Below are positions 57,786-64,000 of a stretch of 64,000 bases of DNA, in pieces. The stretch is taken from the IMG/VR virus record IMGVR_UViG_3300025072_000003, one strand, 5' to 3'. Position numbers and translations under genes: made by a program. The notes below the pieces were generated by a model. That model saw nothing but the letters and a program-made list of their open reading frames with translations, was not told where the DNA came from and ran no database searches. How positions within the stretch are numbered: the stretch's first letter is position 1; the number at the start of each line of letters is the position of its first letter. Source of the stretch: an uncultured virus (IMG/VR IMGVR_UViG_3300025072_000003) (taxonomy: Duplodnaviria > Heunggongvirae > Uroviricota > Caudoviricetes).

Positions 57786-58710
57786 ACCACTTAACATATT
57801 CACAGATACCGTCCTCAAACAAAATTTTAGGACGGTATCCTAAAATACGTTCTGCTTTAGTTAGATCTGCACACGTCATTGTCGCATCTTCCTCACGAGC
57901 AGGGCGTTTTTTTATTATTGCCTTCTTGTCAAAGCACTCCTCCAACAATTCAATCACTCTCTCCATTTCAATTGCACTGCCGTTTCCTAGATTGATTATT
58001 TCTCCTTCTATATTCTCCTCATATAATGCGGAAAATACTCCATCACAAACATCACTCACATGAGTGAAGTCTCGACTTGCGTTTCCATACAAGTTAATAA
58101 TCTCATCTTCGCAAATGGCTTTAGCAAACACTGACATAGCCAAATCTGGTCTTAATCTAGGTCCATATATGCTGAATGGACGAACGCAAACGACGGGAAC
58201 TCTGTGTAGTTTGTGATAAGTCAGACAGAACAATTCGGCGGCACGCTTCGTAACACCATAAGGACTCTCAATAGTCCCCAAAGGATTGTCTTCTACGAAT
58301 GGAGTTTTAGCATCTCCGTATACAGTAGATGAAGACGAAAAAACAAATCGTTTTACACCATATTTTCTAGATGCTTCCAACAAATTCAAAGTTCCATCCA
58401 CATTTGATTTTTGATACATATATGGATTTTCTACACTCCTCCTTACGCTGGCATAAGCGCCAAGGTGAACAATTCGTGTAAATGAATTTAATTGAAAAAG
58501 TTCATCAACAAATGCATTATCGCAAAAATCGCCTTCCACAACAGAAATTATGTCATTGTTCCAATGACATATGTTATTTCTTTTTATTGAAGAATCATAG
58601 AAATCATTAAAATTATCAATGCATACAATTTTATCTTCGACTTTTTCTGCCAACAATTCTACGAAATTGCTTCCAACGAAGCCTGCTCCACCTGTAACTA
58701 AGATGCTCAT
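57763..58710 (-). CDS. NAD-dependent epimerase/dehydratase (UDP-glucuronate 4-epimerase-like)
   Basis: TGGAGFVGS, SSSSTVYG, YGVTK, YGPRLRPDLA. Confidence 0.9.
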   Translation of the reverse strand: MSILVTGGAGFVGSNFVELLAEKVEDKIVCIDNFNDFYDSSIKRNNICHWNNDIISVVEGDFCDNAFVDELFQLNSFTRIVHLGAYASVRRSVENPYMYQKSNVDGTLNLLEASRKYGVKRFVFSSSSTVYGDAKTPFVEDNPLGTIESPYGVTKRAAELFCLTYHKLHRVPVVCVRPFSIYGPRLRPDLAMSVFAKAICEDEIINLYGNASRDFTHVSDVCDGVFSALYEENIEGEIINLGNGSAIEMERVIELLEECFDKKAIIKKRPAREEDATMTCADLTKAERILGYRPKILFEDGICEYVKWFKQSSSS

Positions 58711-58716
58711 TATTGT

Positions 58717-59202
58717 TTAATTAGGAACCTCTGTAATCAATCCCTTTACAGTCAAAGCAGAAACTCCAACATCACTTAGTGGATGCCAATTCTCTATTTG
58801 ATTGCTGTGGAATGGCTTTCCTCCATTGTCGAAATCAACCGCCAATGTAATGTGCTGGATCTTGTTGATGGTGTTTACTCCTTTGGCATCAACAGCTATG
58901 GCAGCAACTTTTTCTCCTACCCCTAAATGCGTTGCTTTCATATCTGCAACACTTCCTAAAGAAGCTGGTTCATTAAGGTTTGGATTCATCGGACCTAAAT
59001 TAATGGTCATGTGATGAGCAATAACTTTCCACTTTTCCGCCTCTGGCTTAATACGATTCAACGCTGGAATCACATTTGATAAAAGAAGAGTTCTAGACGC
59101 TTCATCTAAAACTACAGCCGTGTAAGAAATTGACTTTTTTGGCTCGCCTGGATCTCCAGGGGCATTGCCATCCATACTTTCTACAAAATCATTAAATTTC
59201 AT
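58717..59202 (-). CDS. 2H phosphoesterase (tRNA-ligase CPDase-like)
   Basis: two Hx(T/S) motifs HHMTI and HITL; GGKPFHSNQIENW. Confidence 0.7.
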   Translation of the reverse strand: MKFNDFVESMDGNAPGDPGEPKKSISYTAVVLDEASRTLLLSNVIPALNRIKPEAEKWKVIAHHMTINLGPMNPNLNEPASLGSVADMKATHLGVGEKVAAIAVDAKGVNTINKIQHITLAVDFDNGGKPFHSNQIENWHPLSDVGVSALTVKGLITEVPN

Positions 59203-59217
59203 TTTTACACCTTATTT

Positions 59218-59250
59218 AAAAAATACGCCCCATAAAGGGGCGTATTTTTT
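59218..59250. terminator. bidirectional intrinsic terminator
   Basis: AAAAAATACGCCCC/GGGGCGTATTTTTT. Confidence 0.8.
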
Positions 59251-59270
59251 TTAATTATGTTTATTCAACA

Positions 59271-59462
59271 TTAGCACAACTTTGCTGTGCTATCGCAGCT
59301 TCCTGTGTGCAAACTTTGAACACAAACAGTAATTGCAGGGACAAACGCCTTGCTCTTTCCGCTACACAGTTGATTAATTTTTGGGCAATTCGCGTTGAAA
59401 AGCTTCCAATACACATTAGTTATGGCAGTTGAGTTATCCGCCAAAGTTCTTTTACATCTCAT
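59271..59462 (-). CDS. small Cys-rich protein
   Basis: GGGAG RBS, 6 Cys in 63 aa, own terminator. Confidence 0.6.
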   Translation of the reverse strand: MRCKRTLADNSTAITNVYWKLFNANCPKINQLCSGKSKAFVPAITVCVQSLHTGSCDSTAKLC

Positions 59463-59506
59463 ATTGTTCTCCCTTGGAATGTAAACTAGCTAGTACATAT
59501 ATTTAT

Positions 59507-60400
59507 TCATCCGACGACATTTTTAAGATTCTTAATGTCTGCTATGCACTTTTCTCTATTCGCCTCCATAATATCTTTTATTTTGGAGTCTTTTTTCCAC
59601 AAACCCTTTACCGTAGCACTTCCATCATGAGATACCCACGATTTGCCAGAAACTCCTTGCTTAAATCCAAAAGATCCAAGTCTATAAGCGAATTCAAGGT
59701 CTTCATACCAAGTATAAGGATATTCTTTGAAAGGTCCAACATGACTAAAAAGTTCCCTATTCATGATTGCACAAGCCAGAGGAATATATGCAGAATCCTT
59801 CAAAACATCTCCCTTTAGCATCATATCACCTCCATAGCCTTTTTCCAATACCGAAGGGTAGCCATCACCTGGATTGTCAAACTTAGACGACACCATTTTA
59901 ACATTCAGTCTTTTCATGTTCGTCAAAGAATCCACCAATTGAATCAACCATAAGCGAGACTTTATCTCGCAATCTGAATGCATAATCAACACCAATGGAT
60001 TTTTGGTATTACTTATGCCAGCGTTAATCGCTGCGCCAAAACCTTTTTTGTTTTCCAAACGAATAGATCGCACCATAGGAACTTCTTTGTCCCCAACTTT
60101 CGCCATTAACTTCCTTCCTCCTTGGATTGCCTTTTTTGGAGAATTAATTATTTCTCCAAAAGACTTATTCGGAGAACAATCATCTACCAAAGTAATAAGA
60201 TATTGATGATCAGAGGTATATGTTAAAATGCTATTAATCAAAGTCGTTACTTTTTTGTACTCTCCATGAAATGGAATAATAATATCAACAGGACTCCTGC
60301 TTTGTACATGTCCTCTTCCGTGCTTATCTGTTTTCATCTGTCTTGTTGGCACATTTTCAACCTCTTTTGAAACTACACCATCATCATTAAAATCTTCCAT
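59507..60400 (-). CDS. glycosyltransferase family 2
   Basis: DIIIPFH, LVDDCS, GFGAAINAG, HSDC, YEDLEF. Confidence 0.85.
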   Translation of the reverse strand: MEDFNDDGVVSKEVENVPTRQMKTDKHGRGHVQSRSPVDIIIPFHGEYKKVTTLINSILTYTSDHQYLITLVDDCSPNKSFGEIINSPKKAIQGGRKLMAKVGDKEVPMVRSIRLENKKGFGAAINAGISNTKNPLVLIMHSDCEIKSRLWLIQLVDSLTNMKRLNVKMVSSKFDNPGDGYPSVLEKGYGGDMMLKGDVLKDSAYIPLACAIMNRELFSHVGPFKEYPYTWYEDLEFAYRLGSFGFKQGVSGKSWVSHDGSATVKGLWKKDSKIKDIMEANREKCIADIKNLKNVVG

Positions 60401-60408
60401 TTCACATC

Positions 60409-61032
60409 CTAATTAAAATCATCTATATTAATTTCTTTTTTCTCTACAGTCACTTCTTTTTTCTTTTTCTTTTTCTTTTTCTTTTCAACCATCAACTTTT
60501 CAACATCAACTTCTTTAACTGCCTCTACTGGCCATTTATGATCTGGCGATACAATCGACACCAACTTCTTTTTTAACTCGCCTGATTCCACGCAACAAAA
60601 ATTAACTCCATCAATGTTCAATTCCTTGCAGCCATCCAGACACACTAAGTGCTTGTCTATTTCTTTTTCTCTGTCAGCGCAAACCGCCTTCTTGCCACTA
60701 TACTCGCTGTCTTTATCTGCACGATTAGTGATAACAATTAAAGTCTTCTTAAATGTAACATCTTCATTATCTTCATGATTCATCACATAAACAGTTTCCC
60801 TCATAGCCACACCAAAATCATACACGCAATCATCAATGTTCAGAATGTGACTGATAACAGTTCCTTTTCTCTGAGGAACACAATCACTCTCTGGTGCGTA
60901 CACGTATGCCGTATCAGCGTGATTCTTTATCACCTCTACAATAGCACTCTGGACATCGCTTAAGCGATCTGCTGAGACATCTACAACAAACCCAACTAAG
61001 TGGTTTTGGAAGTTTCCATATTCATCTTGCAT
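60409..61032 (-). CDS. hypothetical protein (degenerate vWA-like)
   Basis: FVVDVS and LIVITN segments; Lys-rich tail. Confidence 0.45.
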   Translation of the reverse strand: MQDEYGNFQNHLVGFVVDVSADRLSDVQSAIVEVIKNHADTAYVYAPESDCVPQRKGTVISHILNIDDCVYDFGVAMRETVYVMNHEDNEDVTFKKTLIVITNRADKDSEYSGKKAVCADREKEIDKHLVCLDGCKELNIDGVNFCCVESGELKKKLVSIVSPDHKWPVEAVKEVDVEKLMVEKKKKKKKKKEVTVEKKEINIDDFN

Positions 61033-61808
61033 CTTATTTTCCTATTGTATTCTCTTATTGAATGGTCGTAATTTTTAATTGGGTGAAAAATTGAAGCTTT
61101 AGGGAAGTTCTCATCATCTCTCATATCAGGGCGGAAACGAATTGGATACTTCTCATAATCTCCTGCGGTCCATTTATCCAACGATTCGTTCCATTGTGAC
61201 AAACCACCTACTTTCCCCCCATAATGAGTTGCCAATGTTGGCAACAAATGCTCTGCCAAATCATAGTCATTAAATCCAGGGAAAAAACCTTGGGTAAATC
61301 CATTTGTTAAATTCATGAATTTTTCAAAAAATGAATGAAGCTGCCTTATGAATTCTCCATTATAAAAAACACAACATCCAAGAACATAACTCGCTTGTGT
61401 TATGGGAGAATCCAACATTTTCTCAAGCAAGGGCAAATTTAACTGTTTTTGACGAGGATCACTTCCAAGGCACCATATTCCATTAGATTCAGCCTCTTCA
61501 AGTTCGCTAACAAATCCATCAGATGCCACCAAGCAATCATATTCCATATAACAATACCAATCAGCATGTGGCCACTTCTTAGATAGTTCCCACATGCCCA
61601 AAATTACATTTCTGTAAGGGCTTCTGTGATAATTGTGGTAAAGTCCCTCTAATAAGTATGCATTAAAGTATTGTTTAGACATTTCCTCCCAAGAGGCACC
61701 ATCAACAATCACCAAAATGTCCTTAGTCATCCATGTACGAATTGAATCGAGCGTATCTCGAACAACCTTGGGATGATTGTGAGCGCTTAACAATGTAGCA
61801 ATATTCAT
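60996..61808 (-). CDS. glycosyltransferase-like protein
   Basis: LVIVDG, YMEYDCL, FHPIK. Confidence 0.55.
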   Translation of the reverse strand: MNIATLLSAHNHPKVVRDTLDSIRTWMTKDILVIVDGASWEEMSKQYFNAYLLEGLYHNYHRSPYRNVILGMWELSKKWPHADWYCYMEYDCLVASDGFVSELEEAESNGIWCLGSDPRQKQLNLPLLEKMLDSPITQASYVLGCCVFYNGEFIRQLHSFFEKFMNLTNGFTQGFFPGFNDYDLAEHLLPTLATHYGGKVGGLSQWNESLDKWTAGDYEKYPIRFRPDMRDDENFPKASIFHPIKNYDHSIREYNRKIRCKMNMETSKTT

Positions 61809-61825
61809 TAAATTAAATTAGTAAC

Positions 61826-62869
61826 ATGAAATACGATATACAAATTGTATTGCCTGTATCTGGCAAAAAACCTTACGAACAAAGACTAAAAGACTTCAAA
61901 AAATGGGGAGTCGCAAACGTTCAAAATAAACGAGTCCTAGTCACTCTTCTCTGTGGAACTGAAAAAATAAAAAACGCCCTAGAAGGATGGCCAGATGGAG
62001 TGGATGTTGAGACTGTAGAATTTAAATTAGACCATCTGACTCTAAAAACATACAATTACTTCCACCAATACACTAAAGAAATGGCGAATAAAACTAGGTG
62101 GATTGCAAAAATAGACGATGATAGCATTAACGACATATCAAATTGGGTTGACAATTTAGATAAAGAATATGATCACGAAGGCGAATTTTATATAGTTACA
62201 GAATTGCGAAATGACACTAAAAAAGAAGAATTAAACATTCTAGACGAAATGGGATACCACCACTGGATTCGTAACATCAAACAAAATGTACATCATGAAT
62301 GGGAGGGATCGGTTTTGTCCTCGGTGGCAATTAGAAAAATAATAAATAACTCCGATGCATCAGAATTCATACAAAAAAGATCTTTGGTCCCCTCTGGGGT
62401 TACAGATGTCGGGTTGGCTTACGCTGCTAGAATGGCAAAAATTTATCCTTCTAGCGCGTATTTCATGTCACCACAGGCACACTTTTGCAGCCATTCTATT
62501 TTAGGTGGAGACTTAAATCACATTCACTTCATGTCACGCGATAGGGGAGAGTCATATAATAAATTTTTGTATCTTGTTGAAGGCAACGCTACAAATGATG
62601 AACTAAAAATTCGCAATAAAGTTACAGACAAGCAATTTGTATTTGGAAAAAAAACGAAACCTTTAGGGATGTTTACGTTAGATAACTCAGGACAAATTAT
62701 AGGATCTAAACACAAAAATGAAACTTTATGGAAAATAAAAAACAACAAAATTCAATTTATAAGCAGTAAAGGGGTTATAACTTGTGAATTTGAATACAAA
62801 GAAGAAGAAAAAATGATTGGAAAATCTTCTATTCATAAAACAGAACTTTATCTATGTAAACTTATATAA
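61826..62869 (+). CDS. glycosyltransferase-like protein
   Basis: WIAKIDDDS (DxD) and DVGLA, GT-A-like. Confidence 0.5.
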   Translation: MKYDIQIVLPVSGKKPYEQRLKDFKKWGVANVQNKRVLVTLLCGTEKIKNALEGWPDGVDVETVEFKLDHLTLKTYNYFHQYTKEMANKTRWIAKIDDDSINDISNWVDNLDKEYDHEGEFYIVTELRNDTKKEELNILDEMGYHHWIRNIKQNVHHEWEGSVLSSVAIRKIINNSDASEFIQKRSLVPSGVTDVGLAYAARMAKIYPSSAYFMSPQAHFCSHSILGGDLNHIHFMSRDRGESYNKFLYLVEGNATNDELKIRNKVTDKQFVFGKKTKPLGMFTLDNSGQIIGSKHKNETLWKIKNNKIQFISSKGVITCEFEYKEEEKMIGKSSIHKTELYLCKLI

Positions 62870-63352
62870 TGGTGCGTTTTTGTCTTTTTCAGACAATATG
62901 TATTCATCTGCTTCTGGCCAAACAATATTAAAGTCGTCATAATAATAATACTTCTCCACATCTGGTCGATATACATCATTCTGGAAATACAACAAACATG
63001 AGTCTTCTTCCGCACTATAAAAACCATGCCCGCATCCTGGCGGTATATGCACTTGAGTTGGTTTATTTTCATCTAACCAAACTCCAATCCATTTTTTATA
63101 TGTCTCAGAATCGTCTCTAAGATCTACAATGACATCATACAAAGACCCTTTTATGCAAGTGCATACCTTAGAAAATGGAGCGCAATGCAATCCTCTGATT
63201 GCGTTTTTCTTAGACTTTGAAAGATTAATTTGTTGACAACCAAAATCATACTTGTCTGAAAAGATCTCCTGAAAAAAACCTCTTGAGTCCGAAAACCTTT
63301 TTGGTCTAAATAGTTTTACCCCAGGAATCGCCAACTCCTCACATTCTATCAT
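62852..63352 (-). CDS. rmlC: dTDP-4-dehydrorhamnose 3,5-epimerase
   Basis: DSRGFFQE, QINLSKS, IRGLH, DVIVDLR, IPPGCGHGF; start moved to MIECEE after GGAGG. Confidence 0.9.
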   Translation of the reverse strand: MIECEELAIPGVKLFRPKRFSDSRGFFQEIFSDKYDFGCQQINLSKSKKNAIRGLHCAPFSKVCTCIKGSLYDVIVDLRDDSETYKKWIGVWLDENKPTQVHIPPGCGHGFYSAEEDSCLLYFQNDVYRPDVEKYYYYDDFNIVWPEADEYILSEKDKNAPLYKFT

Positions 63353-63410
63353 ATTACCTCCATAATTACTATAATATGATAGAAAGAATTGCACAATTGA
63401 GAAAAACAAA

Positions 63411-64000
63411 ATGAACAAAAGTGCCATAATAATTCCAGCAAGGATTGACAGCACAAGACTTCCAAGAAAAATGCTTCTGAACAAAACTGGCAAACCATTG
63501 ATGCAACATACTTGGGAAAACTGCATGAAATCAAACGCCGATTGCGTTTACATAGCATCTAGCGACAAAGAAATATTAGATTCTGCATCTAGTTTTGGCG
63601 CAAATACAATTGAAACAATTAATTGCAAGTGCGGAACTCAAAGGGTGTTTGAGGCAAGTAAAAGCCTAGATTTAAAGTTTATAATTAATGTACAAGGAGA
63701 TAACCCACAAGCGAGTCCTTGCACAATAAATAAAATAATAAGCTCACTAGAACATCACAGTTACGTCTCTGCATGCCATTCTTGTGAGTCATCTGAAAAC
63801 GAAGTCAAAGTGTTGATAGACTCCAAAGGATTCGCAAAGTGGTTCAGCAGGAAGCACTACATTCATGCTGGAGTATATGGGTTCAGAAAGGATGCTCTAA
63901 AAAAGTTTTCTTACTTAAGTGATACAGAAGATGGAAAGCTAGAAAGCCTTGAGCAACTTCGACTTTTAGAGAATTGCGAAAAAATTTATATGGTCCAATG
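63411..64000 (+). CDS. kdsB: CMP-Kdo synthetase-like cytidylyltransferase (3' truncated)
   Basis: hand translation: IIPARIDSTRLPRKML, CGTQR, INVQGD, HAGVYGF, ESLEQLR. Confidence 0.85.
   Translation, partial: MNKSAIIIPARIDSTRLPRKMLLNKTGKPLMQHTWENCMKSNADCVYIASSDKEILDSASSFGANTIETINCKCGTQRVFEASKSLDLKFIINVQGDNPQASPCTINKIISSLEHHSYVSACHSCESSENEVKVLIDSKGFAKWFSRKHYIHAGVYGFRKDALKKFSYLSDTEDGKLESLEQLRLLENCEKIYMVQ

Noticed and set aside
262..63558. Many plus-strand and alternate-frame ORFs in the track (e.g. 47870-48628, 54150-54659, 27947-28369)
   Set aside because: They are shadows of well-supported genes on the opposite strand or frame, with no RBS or motifs.
1..64000. Genome-wide TAG reassignment (alternative genetic code)
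   Set aside because: Long conserved genes are intact under code 11, and several end properly at TAG (prs, rmlC, the sigma factor).

Overview
This window looks like part of a large (jumbo-type) dsDNA phage genome. It is AT-rich and densely packed, mostly with minus-strand genes, many of them short hypotheticals, and carries no ribosomal or core housekeeping operons. Several protein families suggest a Planctomycetota host (inference). Recognisable functions: ClpX, an ARC/Mpa-like AAA ATPase, a RuvB-like ATPase, two sigma-like factors, three ParB-like proteins, two CsrA homologues (one missed by the ORF track), two RNA ligases and a DNA-ligase-like protein, ADP-ribose/NAD enzymes (macrodomain, ARH, NUDIX, Prs, CinA-like/nucleotidyltransferase), a PspA and K+ channel locus, and a glycosylation cluster. 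The standout finding is a 72-nt tRNA with a CUA (amber-suppressor) anticodon at 24612-24683. It lies just upstream of two putative tRNA-rescue genes, a Pth2-like hydrolase and an HD protein. Each of these begins ATG-x-x-ACN-TAG-AAC, an in-frame amber codon at codon 5 in the same context, while TAG is otherwise a normal stop. This suggests amber-readthrough-gated expression. Other unexplained structure: a dispersed 28-bp element at gene junctions (7 copies), a multi-hairpin intergenic RNA candidate with a repeated loop motif, an iteron-like GAGCACAAA cluster, and a family of sigma70-type promoters with a TTTTGAAG extension. All calls come from reading motifs by eye; no database searches were run.
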